The translations under genes were made by a program, and so were the position numbers. This document shows positions 1 through 11,771 of a DNA stretch of 64,000 nt, piece by piece. This DNA is from Callorhinchus milii (lineage: Eukaryota): assembly GCF_018977255.1 (NCBI RefSeq), contig NW_024704783.1, positions 124,001 through 188,000 of the forward strand, written 5' to 3'. Every line of letters starts with the position of its first letter. The stretch's first letter is position 1. Under the pieces are notes generated by a model that searched no databases, had not been told where the DNA came from, and saw only the letters and a program-made list of their open reading frames with translations.

Positions 1-180
1 GAGTAAAGTCTCATGTTGATTATAAACGTTCTCCCGACGTGAAAGCCTCTGTGCAAGTGTAATCTTAATGTTGTTGTTGTAAACAACAGTACCGACTTGT
101 TGATCCGATTGCCCTGTTTCAGTGCTGTACATTCTTTGTTAATATTTCTAATATTCAAATATTTCTAATATTCTAATATT

Positions 181-1706
181 CAGTCCCTAACCGCTGCCTT
201 TGAGTCCTCTGAACTCCACTCCCTCTGGCCTTCAACCCTCACTGATCACTCTTCACCTATCACCCACTCCTCCACACTCGATACTCTTGCCCCCATCACC
301 TCCCGTACTGCCTCCTACTCCCGCTCCTCCCCCTGGTTCACCACCCACCTCTTCTCACTGAAGAGCCAGGCGCGGGCTGCTGAACACACCTGCGTCAAAT
401 CTGCCCTAACGGTCCACAGACAAATCTGGCTGTACCTCCCCCAAATCTACCGCTCCACTCTAACCTCGGCCAAGTGGTCCTTCTACTCCAGGATAATCAT
501 GGAGTCGAAGAACAACCCCAGGCTATTGTTTTCTGCCACATCCCGACTCCTCCGTCCACCCCGCCACCACTTGCTGATCATCTGGTCATCTTCTTCAACC
601 TTCACTGCGAGGAGATGCTGGATTTCCTTGAATCGAAAATCAAGGGAATCCGCTCCGCGGTCACACTCCCTCCAACTTCCAGCCATCCGCTCACCGCCTT
701 TCTCCCACACTCCGACTCCTACCCTCCTGCACTGCACACCTTCGTTCCCTTTTCCCCACCCTCTGTCACCAAACTCATCCTGTTCCTGAAATCCACCACC
801 TGCTCCCCACGTCACTACTTATCTCTCAGCTCCACCTCCCTGCCCCACATATCACTGACATCATCAACTTATCCCATTCCTCTTGCTCTTTTCCCATTCC
901 CATAAAAACTGCCATCATCACTCACAATTTGAAAACACCCTCCCTGGATACGTCGCAGCTATCAAGCTACCGGCCCACCTCCAACCTACCCGTCCTTTCC
1001 CAGGTCCTTGAAATAGTTGTCGCCTCCCAGCTGCTCTCTTTCCTCTCCACCCATGCAATATACGCCCTGGTCAAGATCACCAATGACATCTTGACCATCT
1101 GCGACCAGGGCTCCCGCTGCAGTTCGTGTTCTATCACGCACCAGGCTTCGGGACAACATCACTCCTACCCTCGCCCTCCTTCGCCTACACTGGCTCCCCA
1201 TCCCGCAGAGATCGAATTCATGATCCTCATCCTCACCTACCTGGCCATTCAACGCCTTGCTCCCTCCTACCACACCAACCTACTATTCCCCTATCTACCT
1301 GCCCGTACCCTCCGTTCCTCTGGCACCAGTCTGCTCCACAAACCCCGCCCCAAACGCCCTACCATCGGTGGCTGGGCCTTCAGCCTCTCAGCCCCTCGGC
1401 TCTGGAACACTATCCCCCAGTGCCTTCGCCTTGCTTCCTCCCTTTCCTCCTTCAAGGCCGGTCTCAAGACCTTTCTCCTTGACCGTGCCTTCAGCTCCCC
1501 TCTCGATTCTCTGTCCACTCCTAGCCCACGCCCTTCGCTTCCATCACCCTGACCATTTCCCCCCTCCTCGCTCCCTCCCTTCCCTCCCCTCACCCTGACC
1601 ATTTCCCCACTGATCGGTTCCTGATCCAACTGTCCATCGCTTTGGGACGTCCTCCCGTCGTGGAAGGTGCTCCATGAATGGAATATTCTTGTTGCTTTTG
1701 TTATTG
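181..1706 (+). mobile_element. L2-clade LINE, internally deleted and 5'-truncated copy
   Basis: Fragments translate to the L2 ORF2 motifs KTPSLD..SYRPTSNLP and ALVKITNDIL, and to the C-terminal GWAFSLSAPRLWN. It ends in GGACGTCCTCCCG..GAAGG plus a TTG-type tail. Colinear with the longer copy at 32.1-34.9 kb, with deletions. Confidence 0.9.
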
Positions 1707-1983
1707 ACTGTTTGCGTTAGACTGCTGTGAGCAATTGGCTTCCGTGCGTCGTCCAAGAACATTCAGAGCAATTGGCTTCACATTATCTTCTGTGGCGCTT
1801 TGATATGTCTCAAAGACGTGGTAATGTACTACACAAAATATTGATTATTATTATTATTTTAATATTTACAAATGACGTATGTGTAGGGCGTTTGCCGTCG
1901 GCAGGAAGTCCCATAGCGACGGAAAAATAATTGATTCGAAAATAAAATAATACATTGCCGTCCATTTTCCATGTTTATTAAAG

Positions 1984-2296
1984 AACACTGTGATGGAGAC
2001 TCCGTTAATCAGAAAGCTGCCACAATGGCTAAGGACGAAAGAGAATCTGTGATTTTACAGTGTGCCTATTCCACGACTGGAAGATATTACTCTCTCTACT
2101 GATACCAACATTACCCAAGCACACAGCCGGAGTTTATAGTTCAGAGCGAATCATGGAGTGAAAGTGATGTCAAACGTATAGGATTTGGGAAACGTTTCTC
2201 TGCTCAACTACAGAAATCCGGTTCTTCCACCATTTTATCCAATTCTGAGCTGGTGGTGTCTGGCAGTGCTATGTATTACTGTGCCTTTAGTCTCAC
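1984..2296 (+). pseudogene. TCR alpha/delta-type V exon, pseudogene (V1)
   Basis: After an AG acceptor at 1982-1983 it reads HCDGDSVNQ...VILQCAYSTTGRYYSLY*YQHYP...RFSAQL...AMYYCAFS. Cys23 is at 2061 and Cys104 at 2280. The conserved Trp41 codon is TGA (2100-2102). No leader exon found. Confidence 0.9.
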
Positions 2297-2335
2297 CACA
2301 GTAATAGACTGCACTGCAAGTCTCGTACAAAAACT
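2297..2335 (+). promoter_or_regulatory. 23-RSS of V1
   Basis: Heptamer CACAGTA (2297-2303), 23-nt spacer, nonamer ACAAAAACT (2327-2335). Confidence 0.92.
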
Positions 2336-2833
2336 GACTTCACTTTGTACATAGGTAGGACCGTCTGCTGAAATGTGTGGGAAACTTTGGTAAGGCCTTG
2401 AGGCAATAAGGGGAACAGATATGTATGTAGCTAGATACCGAGGAAATCTCACACACCTCCCATAAACTTGTCAGCTTTTATATTATCGATATCTTATAAT
2501 CATTCGCATCATTAACTCGCAATGAATGCAGACAGAAATTGATGAACAAGTTAGTTGTTACCGTTTAGGTTGCGGTTCATTTGAATCGGTTTCCAAATAT
2601 AATAAAAACATATTTTTTTTATGACAAAACATATACGTTTTTGTCACATCTGAGAATCGATTTTAAAAAATGGTCACTTAATCCAAGACTTTTTGTGGGA
2701 GACTGCTCTGCTCAATGGGCTGTCGTCTTTCGGCCAAAATATATAATATTAATTTCGCTTTACAGTATATTCTATGATTTGCTTTGATTTCGAAGAAGTA
2801 ATTAGGCGCTATATCAAATGAAAGGATTATTAT

Positions 2834-2956
2834 TGCTTCGAAGTGTGTGGAATTTGGGACTTCACTATCTGTGCCGTCACAGTGACTGACAGCGGGGTGA
2901 GTTACTGTACTATGAGCCTCAGGTAATATAAGCCAATGGAAACCACGACAAATTGT
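2834..2956 (+). pseudogene. 3' remnant of a V segment with degenerate 23-RSS
   Basis: FTICAVTVTDSGVSYCTMSL resembles FR3 (LTISxxxxxDSAVYYC). It is followed by CTCAGGT (2918-2924), exactly 23 nt, then ACAAATTGT (2948-2956). The 5' part is replaced by a SINE tail. Confidence 0.6.
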
Positions 2957-3159
2957 TATTTCAATTATTGCTTTTATTCAAATTCTGCACCAAACATGAA
3001 GCAATGCCGAACTGTAGCATATTGGCCACTCGATGGCGAAAAGGTACTGCAATCACTCTTCGCTTATTACCTTGTTAAAATTAGTATGGAAAATCAACTT
3101 TTCTGTAAATTTTTGAAGCTCTTTAAGATGTCTCGAAGACATAGTAATAATAATAATCC

Positions 3160-3512
3160 TTGTATATGGAAAAGCGCCTTTTCACGTTTTTATGACTACA
3201 TAAAACTCTTCACGGAATATACTGTAAAGTGAATAGAGTAGTTATGTGAGTGAAACACAGCAGTCAATTGGACACAGCAGTGTTCCACAAACATTCTTTC
3301 ACTGAGTGAGAAAATTTTAGTTTTTTTTGATCAATTCTTAAATCCGATAAAGCGATCCGCCAATTAATTAACAGACGAATTCCTACATCCTGCTAGTTAA
3401 ACAGAGTAATGTGCCGTACGGAAAATTTCCCAACGATTCGCTCTTGGGGGGAATTGAATCCAGGTCTCCGGCTTGCGATGCAAGTGCTCTTACCATTGTG
3501 ATATATGACTCC
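3160..3512 (-). mobile_element. tRNA-derived SINE (L2-like tail)
   Basis: Reverse complement of the family head GGAGTC(C)TGTAGCTCAG..GTTCAATTCC, the conserved core (GCGCAATTGGCTGCCGCG) and an ATT-repeat tail. Confidence 0.8.
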
Positions 3513-4793
3513 AAAGGCATTGTAGGAAATGCAATAGTTATTTTTATTACTATTGTGATGTTATGATATTATTCCTTTGTGGGATAAATAAATTTTTCAG
3601 TTCGGTTTCGATATTCTAAAGCATGGTCATGAATTTCTGCATATGCTAGACGTACAGATGGCCCACACGCCCAAACCTGCCCCACACCCCCAAATCATGA
3701 GAGATTCGATCTTATTCAAATGGTGCTAACCAGCGTTTGTGGAGCAATTCGCACCAAGAAGCGCTTCACAGAATATGCTGTAATTGGAGTATTTTGTGGG
3801 TGAATTGTGGCAGCCATTCCCACCGACACTGAGTCCCACCTCATCATATCCAAAACGCAGCCCCTCTCATACTTCACCGACAACTAGCCGCTCCCCACCC
3901 TCAATTACACCCAGCCACAACACCTCCTCACCAAACAACCCCTCCTCATTTCACCAACACCCAGCTCCTCGCCATTCTCATCAACGTCCGGCCACTATCC
4001 GTCCTCAACCACTCCCAGCGCCTCCTGATCCTCACTGAAACCCACACGCATACCCTACCCATCCTCAACCCACCAAGCCCATTCCCATTCTTAGCCACAT
4101 CGCGCCCCTCCAAATTATCAAACATGATCATGTTCATTGGGGTACAGTAGCATCATTTTTAGAGCACGCATTGAAAGTAAATGCTCGGATGGTGTCAAAG
4201 GCTTCATTTTGTGTTTTTACCCAGTTTTATTAACAGCAGATGAAAGACATGCTGAGTACTGTACTTAAATGGACAGAGCATTTGCCTCGCAACCGAGAGG
4301 ACGTAAGCTTGATACATGGGCTGGGCTAAACATTAGGCATGTTTTCTTACTCCATACGATTCTTTTTATTATCGTTAAATTGTAAACAGATTTTCAGTCG
4401 ACAATTGGATCGCAATTCTGCGGTAATAATTCCTTTGAAAAAATGCGATAGTTATTACACTAATTTAAGTGGGACACTACTTCGTTCAATCGGCTGCTGC
4501 ATTTTATCCACAAATCAAAAGATTAATTAGTTTGTATTACATGCTGTGAGGTCGTTTGAGAATTTCAGAAGAAGTGATCATCTTCTATGAGAATTGCAAG
4601 GGTTATTATTGTAGATATCAGGAGCTGAACAGTCGAAACTGATGTTTATTGTGTGAAACGTGATTGATGTACAGGTTGTTCAGTATAAATTGGTTCCATA
4701 TTCGCTCCCATATGCAACCATCACTTTACGGTTGATCCCGAGAAAGACTTGAGCCGTGGGCCCGATGCAAAAGGTATAATATAAACTACAAGA

Positions 4794-4799
4794 TTTATT
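4794..4799 (-). terminator. Polyadenylation signal of the TRIM gene
   Basis: AATAAA on the minus strand about 85 nt after the TRIM stop codon. Confidence 0.6.
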
Positions 4800-4881
4800 G
4801 TATAAAGACACAAATGATAAAAGCTTCCAGTTGTTGACTTTGACGGCCAAACATAAGTCATGGCTGAGGGTTTGCTCCTCG

Positions 4882-7800
4882 TTAAACTGTTATTCTGCAG
4901 ATCCTCAGAGGCTCAGAATTTTTCCCGTTGTCATTATTACAGTGACTGAAGTAAGGATAAACTTTCTCAGTGAAAGTATGGGTGAAAGTGTGGAGATGAG
5001 ACATGTTATCAGCGTTGTAAAACGTCACCTGTCCCCCCTTATAATCCAAGTAAACTCCCAGCTTCTCTGGTCTCTCTCTCAGGAGCAGGCGGGTATGAGA
5101 TGAGGTACGTGCTTCATATACATCCCCGTTTCTTAGTGTCACAGCCCAGTATCCGTCGTTTGGTGACAGTGAGATTGAACCTTTCCTGCTGACAGACTCG
5201 CTGGCCAATCCCACATCCCACTTTGTCTTGTTTGTCACCTGCACTTCCCAGTGGTGTCTCCCTGAATTGAAACCCTCAGACCCCAGTACGCAGACTACGC
5301 TATCAAACCTTTTCGGGGAGTAAGGGACCTGCTGCTGTTTGTCTCCTTGTCTCACACTGGTCAGCTTCTCAGACAGGATGAGCTTGGGATGGGCTGTGTC
5401 AGGATCCAGAGTCAGAGAGGCCGGGGCTGAGAGAGAAAATCACACAAAGTGGTGTGAGAGGAAGTCTGGGAGTTATATGGTGTGAAGACATCTATACTTG
5501 TGAACACAACAAATCTCAATGTGTCGCCGGCTGTATCTTCCAGGAGTATTACGGAGTTTGTTTGATGGTTGAATATGAAGGTGTGGCTGGGATGTGTGAC
5601 GTGTGTTTGTGAGGTGACTGTGTGTGTGAGGGTGTGTGCAAGTGTGTGTGTGCGGTAAGGTACGTGTGATAATGTGTGAGTGTGTGAAGATTAATTGTGA
5701 GAAGCGTCGATGACAGTGTGTGTGAGAGTTTATGTGTGCGAGTGTGAATGAGGAGTGTGAGTGAGAGTGTGTGTGAAACTTTGTTTGAGGAATGTATGTG
5801 ACTCATTCTGTGAGGATGTGTGAAATATATGTGGGTTGTGTTTGTGTGAGGTGTGTGTTTTGGTTATGTGTCGGGTTAGTGAGCGAGGGCTATGTGTGTG
5901 ATTTGTCTGTGAGGGGTTTATGTTTGGGCGAGAGCTGTTTGTGTGAGCGGTGGGTGTGTTGCGGGCGTGCATAAGACTTGTACTTCGTGGGCGTGTATGT
6001 GGTGGGTGTAAGTGGTGTGTTTCGATCGTTATTGGTGTGTGAGGCTGTGTGCTATCGGTGAGATTTTGTGCTTTGACATGTGTGTGTGTCAGTAATGTTT
6101 GTGTGATGTTTGAATGAGGCGTGTAGGTGAGTGTGTATGCGCGTGTGTGTGAAGGTGTAAGGATGTATGCATTCGAAACTAAATGAATATACTGCTATTA
6201 ACATTGCTTCAGGATGTGAATGGATGACATTTACCTGGGCTGATACTCTCTATCATGCGTCTCCAAACTGTATTCCTCGTAGGCCACTTGTACATGGCCA
6301 CAGGCAGCTCCACCTCACACACTGACACACTATAACCTTCGTTACTGAACCTGAAGTAAGAGTTGATCACATTACGAAATTAAATAACATTCCGTGGTTG
6401 ATTTGTGGGTTCCATTGTGGGATATTTGCAAAGATAATTTCATACCTTGTGTGGCCAGCAGTTTCCTCCTAATGAAATGAAACAGAGACAGATGTCAGAG
6501 CACGCCGAGAAACCACATTGGAAACTCAGTCACACACAGTAGAATTCGACATCAAACAGCTTGCTGCCATAATTACAGCAACTTTTCTCATTCCGTTTTG
6601 GATCCAAAGGATCCAAAGTTCATACACGCAGCAACAACAGTGGGGCGAGATCACCACCAAGAAAACCCCGATTACTTCCTGTTTTGGTGTGCGTGTGGGC
6701 GCGGTGTAGGTGGGAGTGGTGCGGGGGGGAAGGGGCGTACGTCGGGAGTTAGGGTCTCCTCAAAACTGAACTGGTTTCAGCGTATCAGGTCAGGCAATTG
6801 AATGTGGAATCCCTGGCCACTCACTGCTGATGACAGCTCCGGCTCATCTGTAGGAGCAGGAAGGGCCGACCTATCATTGCGGGGAGGGAATCCTTCCCTT
6901 AAGCACCTGTTAAAGCTGCAGCCAAAGACCTGATTAACTGCTGGGTTTGCCAAGATACCCAAGCTGCGGGAAGGCTTCACAAACAGTGATATAATTGCCA
7001 ATCTGTGTGGTTTAGCTGGTTAGACTCCAGAAATTAGACCATTACAAACTGATAAGCATTGGTGTGTCCAACCTGGACTTAAAACTTTGCAGAATCAGAT
7101 AAACAGGTTTGGTGTCTTCGAGCAGAGGGAGCACATTACGCTCCAACCATTTACCTCTGGCATTTCCCAGTGGAGGTGGAATTCTCATTGCGGTTTGTAT
7201 AAAGTTAACCGCGGTGATGGGTTTCCGAATGCATAATACATAGGACTGACCCAAACAATGATTAGATTCACAGTGCGACGGGCTTAAAAACAAACAACAG
7301 AACATATCAAGTAATCGATCGTTTAACTTTGTAACTGTCAGAATATGATTGTCTTCCCCAGACTGTATGTAACTGTCACTGAACTCAATTATGAAATATT
7401 CTCTTACCAGCAGGAAGGTGAGAGAGTCTTTCTCGATGTGTGTCTGTAACTCTTTGACTTCTTGTTGCACAGAATCTAGTTTGCACTGAATCTCTCGCAG
7501 ATTTGACTCCATACGTTGTAAAATCTCGTCCTCTAGCTGTCTGAGATCTCGCATCACTCGCTGCTCTCTGTCAGTCAGACTCTGGTGCATTTTAGCAAAC
7601 TCAGCCGTGACGTGGGTCTGCAAACTATTCACCTGTTCCTGCAAAATGTCAAATATCCAAACATGTACGGAAGGAAAACAGAGACAATTAACAGAGAAAG
7701 TAAGCAAACGGTAAAGCGAGACAAACTCAGACACCACACCTGTAGACACAGTAAACAGAGATACTGAGCCATCAAACCGTTCACAAAGAGTAAACGGAAA

Positions 7801-9123
7801 CACACTATAATAATAATAATCCTTGCATTTGGCACTGGGCATTACTCACAACACAAGCTCCAAACCTGAAGCTGTGTGCAGTACAATGAAGTGAACTCTG
7901 TCACAGGGTGCGACACACACAGCCTAGATAAACTGAAACTGAATACGTTTGGACCGGAAAACCCTGAAAGTGACACTGGCATCTCACCCTGTACACACAG
8001 GATAGAGAAACACACTGCGGCATCACACCGTTTACACTGTGTAAAGGGAAACTCACTGAGACATCACACCGTGTACACAGAGTAAATAGAGGCACATTGA
8101 GGCATCATATCATGCACACACGGTAAACGGGGACAAACTTAGACATCATAACGATTACAAACATTAAAGAGAAACAAAAGGCAGCATCACACCGTGTACA
8201 TAGAACAAACCTCGACTGACTGTGTCATTACAACTTGTATACAAAGTAAACAGATAAAACAAAGAGAATACACGTTGTGCATAGTGCAAACAGAGACACA
8301 CTAAGCCATCACACCGTGTACACACGGTAAGCAGAAACATAGATATCATACCGTGAACATGCAATAAAGAGAGAGAATGAGACATCACTCGTTGTACACG
8401 CAATAAAAGACACACACTGAGACATTACATCGTGTACACACAGGAAGCTGAGACAAACTGAGTCATCACACCGTGCACACAGAGTAAACAGAGACACACG
8501 GATGCCCAGACATCAGCCCCGACACAACTTACCTTAACTTGAGAAATCTTTTCTCTCTGTTTGGCTTCAGCGCGTAGCACATTTTCCTTCATTTGTGTGA
8601 GAGAAGCTAAGGAAGATTTCACTTGTTCCTGGAATAAACAGGCAAATTATAAGTGCTTGAACGCGAAAATATAAAGTGGAACGGAAAGAATCTCTCGTGA
8701 GTGTATGGTTACCTTGCAGATTTCAGCTGCTTCATCAAACGGCAGGAAGTTGTGACCTCTGTGTTCTCGCGCATCTCTGCAAATTAAACACAGCAATTTC
8801 TTGTCTGTTTGGCAGAAAACCTTCATTTCCTCCCGGTGTTTCTCACACTGATGTTTAATTCCCGTGTGTGTCGAGATCAGGCTGAATTCACGAGCTTTCT
8901 CCACCATTTTGACCAGGGTCCGATTAACCTTGAGGTTCTTGTTGGCAATAAGCTGGCGGCATTCCGGACAGAGTTGTGCCGCGTGTTTTTCCCAGCACAG
9001 GGTGATACAGAAGCGGCAGTAATTGTGGCCACATTCCAGGCTAACAGGATCAGTAAAAATATCCAAACAAATAGGACAGTTTAGCTCCTCGGTCAGACGC
9101 TGAACCTGATGTCTAAAAGCCAT
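4882..9123 (-). CDS. Intact TRIM E3 ligase (RING-B-box2-coiled coil-PRY/SPRY; TRIM39/TRIM35/TRIM69-like), 473 aa
   Basis: Six coding exons with GT-AG sites: 9123-8713 (411 nt; C3HC4 [22 protein letters not shown] and B-box CEKH..FC..C..C..H..H), 8628-8533 (96), 7638-7408 (231), 6468-6446 (23), 6350-6235 (116), 5426-4882 (545; [30 protein letters not shown]). Total 1422 nt, one open frame, TAA stop. The 96/231/23/116 exon sizes are typical of B30.2 TRIM genes. Confidence 0.95.
5480..6170. repeat. Degenerate (GT)n-rich simple repeat in TRIM intron 5
   Basis: Long imperfect GTGT/GTGA tract. Confidence 0.9.
7960..8515. repeat. Degenerate minisatellite (about 41-bp unit) in TRIM intron 2
   Basis: Recurring GACATCACACCGTGTACAC(A)..GTAAACAGAGACACACT units. 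Confidence 0.75.
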
Positions 9124-11044
9124 GTTCACTCTCAAGAATTTCCGGTCCAAACTTATTCAGTCTCAGTGTATCTGTGCTGTGTGTGTCCCACCCTGTTCAC
9201 TTCATTCTACTGCAATCAGCTTCTCGTTTGGAGCCAGTGTTGTGAGTAATGCCCAGAACTGGACGTAGAAAATATTGATATGGAAATGGAGTAAAGTGCA
9301 TCGTAATAAAAGTTCCAGTGTGGGCGTGGAGACAGAGGGAAAAGATAAGAAACACAGTAACTGTGGAACCAGGAATAGATAGTCAGATCAATTATCCCAA
9401 TCACTCTCCGGAACACCTGGACATTCTGTTTCTGAAAGTGTCCTGCTGTTTATTCTCCTGATTAACAACTTGCCATTAAGCGAACCGTTTACAATATCTC
9501 CATATTTCCACATTTGCAACATCGATCGAAGTTCTCTCCACTCCCCCATACAAGTTCCCCTCCACGCACGATCTCCCCTTCCCAAACAATATCCCCTTCA
9601 TACATAATCTCTCCCCTTACCACACAAACTCCTTTCACTGCACAATCTCCCCTCCCCACTCGATCTTCGCGCTCCACAGACAATCTCACCTCCGGCACAA
9701 TCTACCAAATCTCCGCACGATCTCTTACACCGACACAACCTCCCGGCACACAACACAACCTCCACTCACACGCAATCTCCCCTCCCCCCTTTCCACACAG
9801 ACTACCGTCCCCACACAAACAATGCTCCCCGCACAGTCTCCCTTCACCCCTCCCGAAACAGTCCCACCTCCTTCCGCCATACTCCATGATCCATACTGAT
9901 ATTTCAGAAAATGGTGACTTGTGTGTCACAAACGTAGTTCCAACCTTCAATTGGCTTTCTACCTGTTCCCCACCCTCCACCACACATCCACCACTATTTC
10001 TACCTCTCTGTGTGCTGAGTTCTTACAACCCTCCCCCACTCCTCCTCTCGTCTAGCATAACGTCACCATTCCCTCACCAAAATTAATATTGAACTTTCAG
10101 TCAATTTTCTCCCAGTTAGTTTAAGCTGATCTTTAATCAGTTCACTTTGTTTCCTCCCTGGCGACTGTCACAAGTAGTTTGTCTTTCAATATGCATTTGT
10201 CCAGTGAGCGAGAAATTTAATCGGGTTCTGCGAGGAGCTGGACACGTATGGCATAACCACTGCAGGTCATCAGAGCCCCTTGCCCTATTGTTGATGCATC
10301 ATACAACAGGAACGTAGCTGAGAACCACTAACACAACAGGTGATACAACTGAACACAAATTGTTTCCAGTAAGCCATAAAACACATCGTAAAAGTGTTGC
10401 AAGTTCGAAAACAACAAGTTCTAATCAGATAATTATTAACCTGTATCGTTCTCTCTGCCTTGTTACGAAAGACACCTTTGGCTAATAATCAAGGATATTG
10501 TCACCAGGTAAAATATTCGGTGAGAAATCACTAACTTGTACAGCTTTCTTACTCTTGTGATAAAAGTCAATAGCCCAGATGCCACGTCTATGATTATAAA
10601 ACCAATTTAACGTTTGTCAACTCCCACAGCGATTTTCCAATCGATTCCATGCGAATCACTTGAGCTCCGCCTCCCATCACATCTAATTAGTTCAGATCTC
10701 TCTAACTGTGTTCTCATAAACAAGTGACTCGGTCGCTCATCAGCCCAGTCAATACGCTGTTCCTCCGGCTCCATGTTTGCAGAATGGATTGATTTCACGA
10801 TTCTGACACTCCGTTATCAATCATTTGATGCTCTTGCGCCTACCAACTTCTCCGAACTTCTCGCTTTAGAGTACCAAACACGCTGAGTCGTGTCGAGTTT
10901 CTCATAAGGCGTCATATCAAATGCAAGGATTATTACCCATAATACTATTATTATTATACTCAGGTCCGGTCTATCTGTTGAACTGAACGCTAAAGTTACC
11001 ATGCAGTTATTCGAAAAGAGAAATCTAATGTCTTCTGTTATGAG

Positions 11045-11323
11045 AAGAAACAATAGCAATGGCTGCCGTAAATACCAATTTCTGAAGAATTATTGGTGCA
11101 TTGTTAGATACAGTTGGTATTTTGTATCAATACTACTTGAGAAACAAGTACAATACTTGTCAATACAATACAATACAGGTTTGTCATCGTCTGGACGTAC
11201 TAGTGATCCAATAAATACTGCTGTTTCAGCTTCCGTCTGTGATATTTTCTGGGTCAGCAAATGTGGAAACCATTCAACATGCTTATTACTATGGAAAACA
11301 AGCTGAGATTCCCATGCACCCAT
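11045..11323 (-). pseudogene. Possible highly decayed, inverted V exon
   Basis: Minus strand: TTTAG acceptor, DGCMG-like start, ATT TAT TGG (IYW) 113 nt after the acceptor (116 nt in V1 and V3), RPDDDKPVLY-like FR2, and GCAGCCATTGCTATTGT (AxxYC-like, Cys at 11052-11050). Needs several frameshifts, and the RSS is very weak. Confidence 0.35.
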
Positions 11324-11625
11324 CTAAACATACAAGTCACAGAGATAGGTTATTGGAATGGAATACAACAGTTTATCTAATTCTGTAGAGTATTAACGAC
11401 AGTTTGGGAAGAGCCAACATTTGGGGAAAATCCGATTTTGCGTTGGGATATCCGCTGCAGTCTATTCAGCTAAAACCATAAAGCTTGCCATTGATACTGC
11501 TACCTGGAAAGCTTGCCCGCTGTTTGTCCTGCGAGGACCACTATTCGCGTTAGGGTTTGGATTTTCCGGTTAACAAGTGTTGACTTGGAGGATTCCCTGT
11601 CCCCAGTCACTGGTGAAAGCCGCTG

Positions 11626-11754
11626 TATAAAAGCAATTGGTTGCAGTATTGAAACGCGGCTGAGATGCCAATGAGTTGACGTGAGACTGTGGCTCCGCCA
11701 ATGAGGACAGTCACGGCGGGTTATCATCAAACTGATGGCACAGAAACAACCACA
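11626..11754 (+). promoter_or_regulatory. Putative V-gene promoter
   Basis: TATAAAA 11626, CCAAT 11668 and 11698, CRE-like TGACGTGA 11677-11684 and RUNX-type AACCACA 11748-11754, just upstream of the leader ATG at 11772. Confidence 0.45.
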
Positions 11755-11771
11755 CAGACGGAAGAGCAGCA

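Noticed and set aside
474-1629. Pro/Ser-rich ORFs on both strands, also at 20.0, 32.1-34.9, 38.9 and 54.9-56.5 kb
   Set aside because: Alternative frames of C-rich L2 sequence.
2636-2663. Reverse nonamer-like CGTTTTTGT as a J/D RSS
   Set aside because: No heptamer at 12 or 23 nt and no FGxG motif. Other isolated CACAGTG/CACTGTG sites that I checked (for example 25266, 35949, 38190, 26584) lack a nonamer.
7042-7842. 266-aa ORF as a stand-alone gene
   Set aside because: Only 7638-7408 is coding (TRIM exon 3, with splice sites). The rest is open intron.
11090-11323. ORF with LVRPDDDKPVLYCIDKY as a TCR constant-domain exon
   Set aside because: No C1-set Cys/Trp spacing. It fits a frameshifted V better and is reported at low confidence as such.
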